Positions 9,534-20,334 are shown, counted from the first letter of the stretch. The stretch: 64,000 nt of DNA from a bacterium (GCA_965209155.1 OZ242383.1:1760001-1824000); one strand, 5' to 3'. The notes: generated by a model from the letters alone, not told the origin. Numbers and translations are program-made.

Positions 9534-10400
9534 TTAAGGTTGCTCCCAGTGACCGCTTTGGCTGCTTCGAATGATCGCATCGATCACCTTCATGTTAGCC
9601 ACAGAATCTTCAATGGGAGTAAGAACAGGGGTATCGTTTAAAATAGCCAGAGAAAACAAATCACCTTAGTTCCAAGAATATGAGTCCGTTGGTAGTTCTC
9701 CAATTGGGTTGAGCAGGTGAAAGTCGCGCTGCCTTTCTCAAATTCCAACATTCCTGAAGTGAGACGATCGGTTTTGAATTGAGGATCGTATTCAACCAGA
9801 CCACAAACCCGCTTGGGTTCTGCTTCAAAAATAAAACGTGGGTAGGAGATGGTATAGCATCCAATATCGTATAACCCCCCTCCTCCATTTTCAGGTTTAT
9901 TGCGGATATTGTTCGCATCTGCATTGAAGTAAGAAAAAAATGATTGAATCGTTCGCAACTCTCCAATTTTCCCATCTCGTACCAACTCACGGGCTTTTTG
10001 CCATTGGGGATGATAACGGTACATGAAAGCTTCCATCACTTTTAAATTGGGATACTGTTGAGCAGCGTCGACTAATTTTTGGCCATCTTGCCAGTCCATA
10101 CCAATGGGTTTTTCACACAAAACGTGTTTGCCTGCCTCTAGAGCTTTGATGGACCAGGGCACATGGAGATCGTTGGGCAATGGGTTGTACACCGCATCGA
10201 TTTCTGGATCTGCCAGCATCGCTTCATAAGAACCATAGGTTTTTGGAATCCCTAACGGATCTGCGGCTTTTTGTGCAGATTCCAAACTCCGCGAGGCCAC
10301 TCCTACAACCTCACAATGCTCTCCCTGCTGCAGAGCAGGAAGGACTTTTTCTGTACTGATTTTCGCAGTACTGAGCCCCCCCCCAGCGAACTTTTGCCAT
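9534..10400 (-). pseudogene. Gfo/Idh/MocA oxidoreductase pseudogene (G9 frameshift plus internal deletion)
   Basis: MAKVRWG start at 10400; G9 tract 10376-10384 shifts frame; core HVLCEKP and GGGLYDIGCY; C-terminus GDLFSLAILNDTPV...WEQP* in another frame after ~9665. Confidence 0.85.
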
Positions 10401-10485
10401 AATGGACCTTTCTTATTTCATATAGTTGATTGATTTGCTTTATTAAAGACGACAAATTGGTTTCATTACCTTTAGTTAAAGCTAA

Positions 10486-11227
10486 GGGCTTGTTACAAAA
10501 TAAGTTGAACATCTTTGAGTTTCATATAGGGTGAATGGTGTAGTTCCATCTTGTCTTCCTTTGACCACACTCGACCCTCATTCTTGAAATTTCCGACAAG
10601 CTCCTTTTTTTTCGTATCAACTGATAGCACTGGATTTCCGTATCTTGAAAACCGATGGACGGATCGATTAATGTGTCTGAATTGCTCGTCGCGGTTTGGA
10701 TGATTTTTTCCTGAAAGCATCTTTTTGTTCGATCTCAGGGAATAGCCAAGCTCCTTTAAAAGCCTCATTACCGTGACATAAGATACATCAAATCCAGATT
10801 TTCTTAGCTGATCTGCGATAGATCTGCTCGATTTGCATGTCCACCGTAAGCGGCTCATCGGATCTCCTGCAGAAGACTCTTCAAGAATGCCCTCAATTGC
10901 TTTGAGCAGCTCAGGACTCTTGTGCCTCGAATACTTTCGTCCTCCACCCTCACGACGGAGACGATCGCTGTCAAGTGATAACGATCCGTCTTCTTCTAAA
11001 TCACGGAGACCCTGAGTTACCGTCGTTCTGGATAGTCCGGTCGCGCGACTTACTTGTGAAACACCTCCGTAGCCAAGCTCTTTTGCTTTTACTGCTGCGA
11101 ACCACCTTTTCTGTGGCTCGTTGAGGTAGCCGAACGCCTTAATCCACTCTTTACTGATCTCATGGTTAGCCATGAAATCAGTAGATCACAAAAAATCTAG
11201 CTGTTCAATTTATTTTGTAACAATCCA
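10486..11227 (-). mobile_element. ISAzo13-family IS, internally deleted, both terminal inverted repeats present
   Basis: Transposase motifs GYGGVSQVSRATG, GDPMSRLRWTCKS, SVDTKKKELVGNFKN; out-of-frame tail RWNYTIHPI*; 25-bp IRs 10487-10511 / 11202-11226 (2 mismatches); TAA on both flanks. Confidence 0.88.
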
Positions 11228-11379
11228 TAAGGATGATTCCGCAATGAAGACAGCGGACGACCCTAGCCCCTCCCAGGAGGGGAATCTCTTATATTCACGT
11301 TAGATTAATCAAAGGCGCCATGATGAATCAGGAGAATCCAATGAGTGAACTGTCATTTAAAATTTGCGATTTATTTTCT

Positions 11380-11535
11380 ATTGAAGCCAACTGTCCGTTG
11401 GGTCGTATCGGCACACCGGCCGATATGGCCGGTATCGCGATTTACTTCGCTTCTCCAACAGCCTCCTACCTCAATGGTGTTGTGATTCCGGTGGATGGGG
11501 GACTTGTATCAGATAACGATTGTGGCCAAGGATAA
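11380..11535 (+). pseudogene. Short-chain dehydrogenase (SDR) C-terminal fragment
   Basis: PLGRIGTPADMAGIAIYFASPTASYLNGVVIPVDGG. Confidence 0.75.
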
Positions 11536-11732
11536 CGCTGATTTTGAAATCATTTTATTTTTTATCCTAGCGCAGTGGAAAGGAGGAGCAAGAAAGGACC
11601 AACCCACTTCAGCCAGTTTTCACCGCTGTTGTCGATAAAAGGAAGTGAAAAACTCTTGACTGAATAAGAGAGTAGACTGTACTCTATGATGAAAAATAGC
11701 AACCAATTAAGGTAATCAAAAAGGAAGAACCA

Positions 11733-12008
11733 ATGGCAAAGATTACAGTAGAAATTCCCGATGAAATCGTCAGTCAATTTGAGAGTATTGAGGCAATTCG
11801 CCGAACCATATATGAAGATTTTATAATTGAACAACGTCAAAATGGAAATCTAAGCCTTGGGGAAGCGGCCCAACTGCTAGGCATTACATATACTGAATTT
11901 TTCGAGTTGTTGGGGAAAAAAGGGCTTCCATTTATAAATTCGACGCCTGATGAATTGCGTGAAAGTTATTCCACCTTCCAAAACTTGATGGAACAATCCA
12001 AAAAATGA
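11733..12008 (+). CDS. UPF0175-family putative antitoxin
   Basis: LSLGEAAQLLGITYTEFFELLGKKG; overlaps downstream PIN gene. Confidence 0.8.
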   Translation: MAKITVEIPDEIVSQFESIEAIRRTIYEDFIIEQRQNGNLSLGEAAQLLGITYTEFFELLGKKGLPFINSTPDELRESYSTFQNLMEQSKK

Positions 12009-12444
12009 TTGTCATTTCCAATTCAAGTCCCCTTATAGCACTGAGTAGTGTTGATCAACTAGACATTCTTTTCCAACTTTTTGAGAAGGTCTATATCCCT
12101 GAAGCAGTCTTCCAAGAAACTGTAACAGAGAATCATCTCATCGCCCAAAGGGAGCGGATTCTTGAAGCAATAGATACTTTTTTGAGAGTCATCTCTCCAA
12201 AGGTTCAACATCCTTTAGAAAGTTGGGATATGGAGAACAAGGAGTCTTAAATTTAGCAATTGAAATACAACCAGACATTGTTTTGATTGATGATAAAAAA
12301 GCAAGAAATGAAGCAAAAGATTTAGGACTAGCTCCAATATTTACAACAGATCTTCTTAAATGGGCCAAAAGTCAAAAAATTATTGATTCCTATCAGATTA
12401 TTATGAATCAACTCTCTGAAAATCAAATATATCTTCCAGAATAA
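12005..12444 (+). pseudogene. DUF3368/PIN-domain toxin, frameshifted
   Basis: MIVISNSSPLIAL..YIPEAVFQE in one frame; LGYGEQGVLNLA..LIDDKKAR in another; shift near 12210-12220. Confidence 0.8.
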
Positions 12445-12469
12445 GGAAAATTGAGGATTCCGATATGAA

Positions 12470-12748
12470 TAAGTTCGTAGAGCCGTATCCAAGCGGCTTC
12501 GACGAGCATTCCTCGCAGATCCGCTTTGCCGGAGCGAGTAATAGGACCCATGCGAATCTGATCGGTGCGAAGGGTTAAGTGAAAACTTTTCTTATGCACG
12601 TCAATGCCAACAAAAAGGGATTGGCCTGATATTGATTCAATGTTATCTTTTTTCATGACAGTCTCTTTTTAAAAGGGTTGTTTATACTTTGATAAACTTC
12701 ATTATTATCACAACCTACGGAGACTGTCTGGTTTACATAGTAACTATG
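12470..12748 (-). mobile_element. IS110-family remnant (N-terminal DEDD piece fused to C-terminal piece) with structured left end
   Basis: FVGIDVHKKS directly joined to GPITRSGKADLRGMLVEAAW; hairpin gacagtctc/gagactgtc upstream of ATG 12656. Confidence 0.75.
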
Positions 12749-12837
12749 TGGCCTCAAAGGAGATCGTATCAACGATCCCCATTTAACCCTGGCTGAAACA
12801 CAAGCGGTCTGTGATAAAATCATGCAGGAGAAACCAA

Positions 12838-14079
12838 ATGCTGAAATCTGTATTACTTCAAATCATTGCGAACGGTGAGAACTCCGGAGTAGAATTTAAA
12901 CGCGATGATTGTCGTCCGGAGCAACTAGCTAAAGAGATCGTGGCTATGGCGAACCTGCGTGGTGGCATGATAATACTTGGCGTAGAAGACGATGGCGTGA
13001 TTTCCGGTATCCAACGGAAAAATTTGGAAGAATGGGTGATGGATACTGTCTTCACTAGGAAAATTCATCCCTTCATTCTTCCTTTTTATGAAGAAATCAA
13101 GATGGATAATGATAAAAGGGTAGCCATCGTGTCCTTCACTCAAGGGATTTCCAAGCCTTATGTGCTCCGGCACAAAGACCGGGAAGATATTTTTGTCCGG
13201 ATCGGCAGTGTATCCCGTTTAGCAACCAGGGAACAACAAGCACGGCTATTTGATTCAGGTGGTTTACTGCACATGGAAGTCTTGCCGATTTCGGGAACTT
13301 CTATTGATTCTCTGGATTTGGACAGGCTTAATGATTATCTGGAGAATGTCATCATTGATCCTGAATTGCCAACTTCCCATGAAGAATGGCAACAGCGGCT
13401 TTGCGGCATGGGATTCATGACAGAAGCAGAATCAGCCCAAACGGTCTGTACTATTGCCGGACTGGTTCTATTTGGCTACAAACCACGACGATATTTGAAA
13501 CAGGCGGGTTTGCGCGTTCTAGTATTCAATGGCCCTGACAAGGTATATCAGGCTCAACTGGATGAAGTTCTGGATGGTCCTTTGGTAGGATTGTGGAAAA
13601 AAGATAACCGCGGAAACCGAGAGCAGGTTGCTGACGGTGTGATTGAGAATTTTGTACAAATAACGCGAGCATTTCTATCAGAAGAAGCCGATGAAATTAA
13701 CGATGGATTGCGCCGCGACAGAAATTGGTTTTATCCGCTGGAAGCAATCCGAGAAATCGTGGTAAATGCATTTGCCCATCGAGATTGGAGTCGATCTGTA
13801 GACATTGAATTTTCTGTTTATAATAACCGTTTGGAAGTTATTAGCCCCGGAGCCCTACAGAATTTAATGACTGTTGCAAAGATGATTGCCGGTCAGCGTT
13901 CTCCGCGAAACCCACTCATTGTAGATGTTCTGCGGGACTATAGGTATGTCGATGCCAGAGGGATGGGTATACGCACGAAAGTCATTCCACTGATGCGTCA
14001 AATCAATCAAACGGAGCCAGTCTTTGAGGACACAGAGGATTTTTTGAAAACCACTCTCTTTCGGAGACAAGAAGACTGA
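12838..14079 (+). CDS. AlbA_2/Schlafen-domain protein with RecG-C-like (HATPase_c_4) domain
   Basis: GENSGVEFK, AMANLRGGMIILGVEDDG, YPLEAIREIVVNAFAHRDW, ISPG, PRNP, GMGI. Confidence 0.85.
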   Translation: MLKSVLLQIIANGENSGVEFKRDDCRPEQLAKEIVAMANLRGGMIILGVEDDGVISGIQRKNLEEWVMDTVFTRKIHPFILPFYEEIKMDNDKRVAIVSFTQGISKPYVLRHKDREDIFVRIGSVSRLATREQQARLFDSGGLLHMEVLPISGTSIDSLDLDRLNDYLENVIIDPELPTSHEEWQQRLCGMGFMTEAESAQTVCTIAGLVLFGYKPRRYLKQAGLRVLVFNGPDKVYQAQLDEVLDGPLVGLWKKDNRGNREQVADGVIENFVQITRAFLSEEADEINDGLRRDRNWFYPLEAIREIVVNAFAHRDWSRSVDIEFSVYNNRLEVISPGALQNLMTVAKMIAGQRSPRNPLIVDVLRDYRYVDARGMGIRTKVIPLMRQINQTEPVFEDTEDFLKTTLFRRQED

Positions 14080-14145
14080 TGATTGATACTGATAAACTCA
14101 ACATATACACCGAAGACTACTATAGGCTTTCAGAAAATCGGATTG

Positions 14146-14170
14146 GTAGAGGGGCCGGCCTGGCCCCTAC
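14146..14170. repeat. GTAG-type REP-like palindrome
   Basis: gtagaggggccggcctggcccctac. Confidence 0.5.
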
Positions 14171-14713
14171 AATTTCCGAGAGCTTGCGGGAAAGCTTCCC
14201 TGATATATCGGGCCGTACGCGGAAGCTGAGATGAGGCGGCGTGCAACGAGCAAGCCTCCATGAACGAAGCGATTTGGAATGTCAGAAGGCCTCCCCATCA
14301 GTTTTAATGATCATTGGAAAGTATTTTTACGAATCCTGCATTTTTTTAATTTGGGGGTTGACAGTATGCAAAAAGTATATATTGCCAAAATCATACCTTC
14401 ACTAAGTTGTTTTAGTGAAAAAAGAGGGTTCCCGATCGATGGAACCATATTGTGGGAAGACTTGAAAACGATCGGTCCTCTCCGGGAATCTTTTTAATGA
14501 TATTTAACTGAACGGGTTTTTCAGAGACCTGAATAGTTACCCAAACGGTTTCTTATTGAGTCTCTCCATTTTCATCAACTCCGAAAGGTAGCCGCCGATT
14601 TGCTCAGGCCCATCCAACCCCTTCAAATCGAAATTTTTCTTTACCTCATTGGTATCGGTTGATAATACTGCTCTGATGAACAATGCCACTATTCACTCAT
14701 ATAATGGAAAAAA

Positions 14714-17422
14714 ATGTACGATTTATCGGTTAATTATATCAATGAAAATATTGCGGATTCAGACATTATCTTCCAAAGGGGAATCCATATATACGAAGCG
14801 GGGGCGTATTATTGCACCACCTTTGATCCGGATATGGGGAATTTTGCTTATGAAGTCGATGGGAACTACGGGGATTATGCCACTCGGATCAATTTTAAGC
14901 AGGACGCCTGGGAAGTCCAGTGTGATTGTCCTTATCCCGGTAATGGCTGCAAACATGCCGTAGGGATGTTGTTGGACCTGAAAGACAAATTGGAAGAATG
15001 GACCGATGTAAAAGTAGTGGAAGACGAGGAAGCAATCGAAGCAGAGAAGCCGTTGCTTTCACGGGAAGAACTCAAGAAACAGGTCATGGAAGATCGCAAA
15101 AAACGGGCGGTCTCCGAAAATTTAAAACTGATCCGGGGAGATACCTTCAAAGGAGAACATTTGGTAGAAACGGAACGGGGAAAACAATACAGCATCACGC
15201 TGCATGATCCAATCTCCGGAACAGGCCATTGCAGTTGTCCTGATTTTTTGACAAGCCAATTGGAGGTCTGTAAGCACCTTTTCTTTTGTGTGGAAGAACT
15301 TAAAAAGGAGGAAAAGTTTGAGCAACAAGTGGCTAAAGAAGCGTTTCCTTTTCTCGATATTTACTGGGATTCCATTTCCGGTAAACCCCGGTTTTTTTGT
15401 GAAAGAAAAGAAGCATCCTTCCTGGAATTGCGGGAAAGCCTCTCTGAGTGTTTTGATGAGCAGGGGCAGTTCATTCCTGAAGACCTTTCTCGCCTTTTCC
15501 CCCACACCTCCCAATTGAGAGACAATAAACTGGTGCGCATCCAGGAACCGGTTCTGGAACATCTGGAGCATATTCTCGAAGAGCAGCAGCTTCAGGAAAT
15601 TCAGGCGGGTGGTTTTCCCTCCACCGACATGATTAAGACCAAACTCTATCCTTATCAGGAAGAGGGGATCCGGTTTGGGGTTTTTAAGAAAGCCGTCCTC
15701 ATTGGCGATGAGATGGGACTGGGAAAAACACTGCAGGCCATTGCCTTGGGGATTTTAAAAAAAGAAATCTTCGGATTCAAAAAAATCCTGGTTGTCACCC
15801 TGGCCTCCTTGAAGGAACAGTGGAATCGAGAGATTGAAAAGTTTTCTGATGAAAAAGCCATGATTATCGAGGGATCTGCTCAGAAACGGAAGGAGATCTA
15901 CATGAATACCAGTCACCTCTTCAAGATCACCAATTATGAGGCGGTTTTGAGAGATGTGACCATCCTTTCGATCTATAAACCGGATTTGGTGATCCTGGAT
16001 GAAGCCCAGCGCATCAAAAATTTTAACACCAAAACCGCTGATGCGGTCAAAGGTATTCCCCGAAAACAGGCTCTTGTGCTGACCGGGACGCCTTTGGAAA
16101 ATAAACTGGAAGATGTCTATTCCATCGTCCAGTTTTTAGACCCGCATCTCCTGGGGCCATTTTGGATTTTTACTGCAGAGCATTTCATGCTCAGCCAAGA
16201 TAAAAAAGGAAAAATCCTGGGCTATCGCAACTTGGAGTTACTGGCGCAAAAACTGAAACCTTTGGTGATTCGAAGAAAAAAAGAAGAGGTTCTGAAGGAT
16301 CTTCCCCAGGAGTTGGTCAATAATTACTATTTGGAATTGACTCACGAACAGGCAAACATTCACAGTGGCTACCTCCAATTACTGTTACCCCTGTTGAATA
16401 AAAAGTTCCTCACTCCTATGGATGTGAGACGCATTCAGGAATTGATGGTCAAAATGAGGATGGTTTGTGACTCCACCTACCTGATTGATCGGGAAACCAA
16501 CATTTCTCCAAAACTAAAAGAACTGGAAGGGATTTTAGAGGAATTGGTTCTCCAGAATAATAGAAAAGTGGTGATTTTCAGTGAATGGACCACCATGACC
16601 TTTTTGATTGCCAAACATTTATCCAAAGTCGGCATTTCCTTTGTGGAGCTGACCGGCAAAGTGCCTGTCAAAAAACGGCATGCCTTGATTGATGAATTCA
16701 CCAATAATCCGGACTGCCGGGTCTTTCTGTCAACCGATGCCGGAGGAACCGGATTGAATCTGCAGGCAGGAGATTGTGTGATCAATTTTGAGTTGCCCTG
16801 GAATCCGGCCAAAATGAATCAACGGATTGGGCGGGTCAATCGGATCGGACAAACCAGTAAATGTATCAATGTGGTCAATTTTATTTCAAAAGGCAGTATT
16901 GAAGAAAAAATACTGACCGGCATCCAATTGAAAACCGATTTGTTCAAAGGCGTTTTTGAAGGCGGTGCCGATCAAGTGGAGTTTTCACGAGAAAAGAAGC
17001 AGGAAATGCTGAACCAGCTGCGGAACATGATGGGAGAAGAACCTCTGTCCCCCGCCTATGAATCGATGCCCTCCGAAGAAATCCCTGAAGATGCGCCGGG
17101 GTTTCTCAACCCTCAAGCCCTGCAGGAGGAGGTGACAGAAACCGAACCAGCCATCCCGGAGGCAGAAACCGTGGGGATTTCGGAAGAAAAGATTCTTGAA
17201 CAGCCGGAAGCCGTCGGTGAGCCGGAACCGGCCAATATCTTTGCCAATCAGCCTGTTGAGAAGGTCGAAAGTGTTTTAAACAATGGGTTGCAGTTTTTAG
17301 GAGGCCTGATGGAAATGGCAACAGGGAAGAAACTGGAATCCGTTGATGAGGATCAAAAAATGATCCAAATTGACCGAGGCAGCGGTGAAGTGACCATGAA
17401 GTTCAAACTTCCAGGGTTTTAA
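14714..17422 (+). CDS. SNF2-family helicase with two N-terminal SWIM zinc fingers
   Basis: CDCP..CKH and CSCPDF..CKH; DEMGLGKT, DEAQ, LTGTP, STDAGGTGLNLQ, QRIGRVNRIGQ. Confidence 0.92.
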   Translation: MYDLSVNYINENIADSDIIFQRGIHIYEAGAYYCTTFDPDMGNFAYEVDGNYGDYATRINFKQDAWEVQCDCPYPGNGCKHAVGMLLDLKDKLEEWTDVKVVEDEEAIEAEKPLLSREELKKQVMEDRKKRAVSENLKLIRGDTFKGEHLVETERGKQYSITLHDPISGTGHCSCPDFLTSQLEVCKHLFFCVEELKKEEKFEQQVAKEAFPFLDIYWDSISGKPRFFCERKEASFLELRESLSECFDEQGQFIPEDLSRLFPHTSQLRDNKLVRIQEPVLEHLEHILEEQQLQEIQAGGFPSTDMIKTKLYPYQEEGIRFGVFKKAVLIGDEMGLGKTLQAIALGILKKEIFGFKKILVVTLASLKEQWNREIEKFSDEKAMIIEGSAQKRKEIYMNTSHLFKITNYEAVLRDVTILSIYKPDLVILDEAQRIKNFNTKTADAVKGIPRKQALVLTGTPLENKLEDVYSIVQFLDPHLLGPFWIFTAEHFMLSQDKKGKILGYRNLELLAQKLKPLVIRRKKEEVLKDLPQELVNNYYLELTHEQANIHSGYLQLLLPLLNKKFLTPMDVRRIQELMVKMRMVCDSTYLIDRETNISPKLKELEGILEELVLQNNRKVVIFSEWTTMTFLIAKHLSKVGISFVELTGKVPVKKRHALIDEFTNNPDCRVFLSTDAGGTGLNLQAGDCVINFELPWNPAKMNQRIGRVNRIGQTSKCINVVNFISKGSIEEKILTGIQLKTDLFKGVFEGGADQVEFSREKKQEMLNQLRNMMGEEPLSPAYESMPSEEIPEDAPGFLNPQALQEEVTETEPAIPEAETVGISEEKILEQPEAVGEPEPANIFANQPVEKVESVLNNGLQFLGGLMEMATGKKLESVDEDQKMIQIDRGSGEVTMKFKLPGF

Positions 17423-17876
17423 ATATTGCTGATCAACATATTTCAGCCACGCCATCCGACCAACACGCTTTTCTTCATCCAATCCCAGCGTCAAAAACAA
17501 GATATGAAAAAGAATAATAAAAACAACTCTTGAACGTATCTGATTCAAAAACTGTCCGAACCACTGTCGTAAATAGTTTAAAATTTGGTGAGGAAAACCA
17601 AAATTATCAAGAGATTCAACACGACTCGACAAAAAGAGCACTTTATGGAGGAACACCGCGATACCTTTCTTTTCTAAAAATTAAATTTTATTTTACATTT
17701 TTATTTTTAAATTGAAATCTCAGGATTCCTAATTTTGTAACAGACCCTCAGGTGAGCAATTCACAGAGAAGCGCGAGCGCAAATTCAATAGCAGTTTCTT
17801 GTCTTGAGATCATTTCTATGCTAAAGATAAAAAATCCAGTCTGTCTGAAATATAATTCAATTTATCAGGAGGAGAG

Positions 17877-18113
17877 ATGTTTCGACAATGGCAATTGCAG
17901 GACGCAAAAAATCGATTTAGTGAAGTGGTCAAAAAGGCAATACAAGAGGGTCCACAGGTTGTCACTAAAAGAGGAAAAGCAGCAGTAGTTGTCGTTTCAA
18001 TGGATGAATATCGGAAGCTCACAACCCCAGCAAACAGTTTGGTTGAATTTTTTCATAATTCTCCTTTGTATGATCTTGAACTGGAGCTGGAAAGAGATAG
18101 GGGAGTAAATTGA
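17877..18113 (+). CDS. Phd/YefM-family antitoxin (orphan)
   Basis: WQLQDAKNRFSEVV..GPQVVTKRGKAAVVVVS; TATAAT at 17851; no toxin follows. Confidence 0.85.
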   Translation: MFRQWQLQDAKNRFSEVVKKAIQEGPQVVTKRGKAAVVVVSMDEYRKLTTPANSLVEFFHNSPLYDLELELERDRGVN

Positions 18114-18138
18114 ACTCATCTTAAAAAGGAGAAAAAGC

Positions 18139-18543
18139 ATGTTGGATTTTGTTGGACTGAATTGGTGGGCTATTATTGTAGCCACATTAGCCGCTTTTGC
18201 GCTCGGCTGGTTGTGGTATGGACCACTTTTCGGCAAAAAGTGGCTTGAAGCATTGGGCAAGACGCAAGAAGAGTTGAACCCATCGCCGCAACCCTTCGTT
18301 ATCAGTTTCTTTGCAGCTCTGTTGACCTGCATCGTACTGGCGGCGCTGATGAAAAGTTTGGGAATGACGACGTTGACGAGTGGTTTGTTAATCGGTGCGA
18401 TCACGGGTATCGGTTTCATCGCCACTTCGATGGCATCCGACAGCGCCTTTTGTGGTTGGGGCATGCCGCTGTTTTGGATTCAGGCCGGATACCGGGTTGT
18501 CTATAATATACTTATGGGCGCTATCTTGGGCGCCTGGCAATAG
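18139..18543 (+). CDS. DUF1761-like membrane protein
   Basis: NWWAIIVA..LGWLWYGPLFGKKW, four hydrophobic segments; RBS aggag. Confidence 0.75.
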   Translation: MLDFVGLNWWAIIVATLAAFALGWLWYGPLFGKKWLEALGKTQEELNPSPQPFVISFFAALLTCIVLAALMKSLGMTTLTSGLLIGAITGIGFIATSMASDSAFCGWGMPLFWIQAGYRVVYNILMGAILGAWQ

Positions 18544-18605
18544 CCGACCGTCTTGGATTGCGGTTGAATTGACAAATTAATATTGGACACTCAGAGAGAC
18601 GCCCG

Positions 18606-19607
18606 ATGATTGACCTTTATCGTATTTTTGGATCCGAACTCTCACCCTATTCGGTCAAGGTTCGTTCTTACTGCCGCTATAAAGACATCCCCTACAATTG
18701 GATAATTCGCAATGCTGCCGTGAAGGACGAATATAGTAGATATGCCAGGATCCCACTCATTCCTTTGGTCGTTACCCCCCAGGATAAGGGTATTCAGGAC
18801 TCGACTCCGATAATCGAGTATCTCGAGACTGAATATCCCAAGCCTTCCATTCACCCTCGTGATCCGGTTTCCGGATTTGTTTCGGCCATGATCGAAGAAT
18901 TTGGTGACGAATGGGGTAATAAATGGATGTTTCATTACCGTTGGGCCCGTGAAATCGACCGACTTTGCTCTGCAGGTCGTATCGCTCGCGCGATGGCGCC
19001 TGAGGCAGACGATGAGGAACACGCCGCATTGGTCACACGGGTTAAAGAACGCATGATCAATCGAGTCTGGTTCGTAGGTTCCAATGAGCAGACCGCCCCT
19101 CAGATTGAAGAATCATTTTGCGAGGCGATCGATCTACTCGAGACCCACCTCAGCAGCAGAGCCTATCTCTTTGGAGGCCGGCCCTCTTTTGGTGATTTTG
19201 GTCTCTGGGGACAAATCTATTGCGCCTGGTCCGATCCGACTCCAGGGGCCTTGGTGGAGGGACGCGCCCCTTGCGTATTGGCTTGGATCCATCGTATGCT
19301 ATGGCCGCGAGATGTAAGCGATTTCGAACCTTGGTCGAGTCTACAATCAACGCTTTTGCCGTTTCTTGAAAAACAGGTCGGCGCTCGTTTTTTTCCATGG
19401 ACGCTGGCCAATGAAAAAGCGATTGCCGAAGGCAGGGAGGAATTCCGCGTCGAATTGAATGGCCAGACCTGGATTCAGAAGCCCCAGAAATATCATGCGA
19501 AATCCCTCCGTGCTCTACGCGACAAATATTCGGCAGTGGTCGACAAAAGTGAGTTGAATCCTATTTTGGAGCAATCCAATTGCCTGTCCGGCTTGCAAGG
19601 TTTTTAG
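18606..19607 (+). CDS. Glutathione S-transferase family protein
   Basis: SPYSVKVRSY, IPLV, QDSTPII, YLFGGRPSFGDF. Confidence 0.85.
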   Translation: MIDLYRIFGSELSPYSVKVRSYCRYKDIPYNWIIRNAAVKDEYSRYARIPLIPLVVTPQDKGIQDSTPIIEYLETEYPKPSIHPRDPVSGFVSAMIEEFGDEWGNKWMFHYRWAREIDRLCSAGRIARAMAPEADDEEHAALVTRVKERMINRVWFVGSNEQTAPQIEESFCEAIDLLETHLSSRAYLFGGRPSFGDFGLWGQIYCAWSDPTPGALVEGRAPCVLAWIHRMLWPRDVSDFEPWSSLQSTLLPFLEKQVGARFFPWTLANEKAIAEGREEFRVELNGQTWIQKPQKYHAKSLRALRDKYSAVVDKSELNPILEQSNCLSGLQGF

Positions 19608-19653
19608 GAAATACGAATCGTACATCTTCAAAGCTTTTCAATTGAGTTTAAAC

Positions 19654-19673
19654 GTAACTATTCAGGTATCTTC
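19654..19673. repeat. 20-bp dispersed site, copy 1
   Basis: gtaactattcaggtatcttc, identical at 20335-20354; 14-bp core inverted at 14527-14540. Confidence 0.9.
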
Positions 19674-19898
19674 CGAGAACCCATCGATCCCCTCCATCAC
19701 ATTTTGGAGAAAACTCATTTGAGCAGGATTACCTAGTTCACGAACCAAAAGAGAGCAGGTTTCTGCGATGACAGGCCAGGTGGTAATGAGGGGGGCGGGA
19801 AATTCTTCTGATTTCCGGAGGGCTTGCTGATGAAACGCATCCCTGGCATTGGCAAGCGCAAGCCAATATCCGGTATCAGCGATGATTGTATTTCTCAC
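19662..19898 (-). pseudogene. VapC/PIN toxin, 3'-truncated
   Basis: IIADTGYWLAL..DAFH..LITTWPVIAET; only 78 aa, ends in the 20-bp site. Confidence 0.78.
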
Positions 19899-20136
19899 TT
19901 AATCCTTCCTCCAGATATAGTTTATAGTTTTTGGAGAGATCTTCAGGCCCCGTGCCACAACTCACAAAACCATTTTGTCTCATCCTATCAATAGGCCGCT
20001 CTTTTCCTGCACTCACTTCTAGGTAGTACAAATCCAGAGCCTGCTTGATAATCCTTGTGAGCGACTCTTGAGTCACCTCTTTGAGATATTCCACTTTTTC
20101 CGACATTTCTGCATCAAGTCTTGCATTCAAACGCAT
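19876..20136 (-). CDS. CopG/RHH-type antitoxin
   Basis: MRLNARLDAE..IIKQALDLYY..GPEDLSKNYK; RBS aggag; overlaps PIN gene. Confidence 0.75.
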   Translation of the reverse strand: MRLNARLDAEMSEKVEYLKEVTQESLTRIIKQALDLYYLEVSAGKERPIDRMRQNGFVSCGTGPEDLSKNYKLYLEEGLSEKYNHR

Positions 20137-20334
20137 CCTTCTCCTTTCATCTGAGTGTTTGACAAAGCGTATGACAATCAAAAAATAAACACAAGTTGAA
20201 ATCCCCTCTCAAATCAAAAATAATCGCATTTTTATCTTGACCTTCCTGATTGAGGGGAGGGAAATCCGCTCACCTTCACTGAGGGAAGAAGGAAAAGATG
20301 AAGAGGAGGGAGTGCCCACCAGGTTTCATGGGCG

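Noticed and set aside
17550..17725. Possible IS1634-like end remnants (ctgtccgaaccac; tgaaatctcagg)
   Set aside because: Resemblance from memory only; no transposase sequence or matching IR pair
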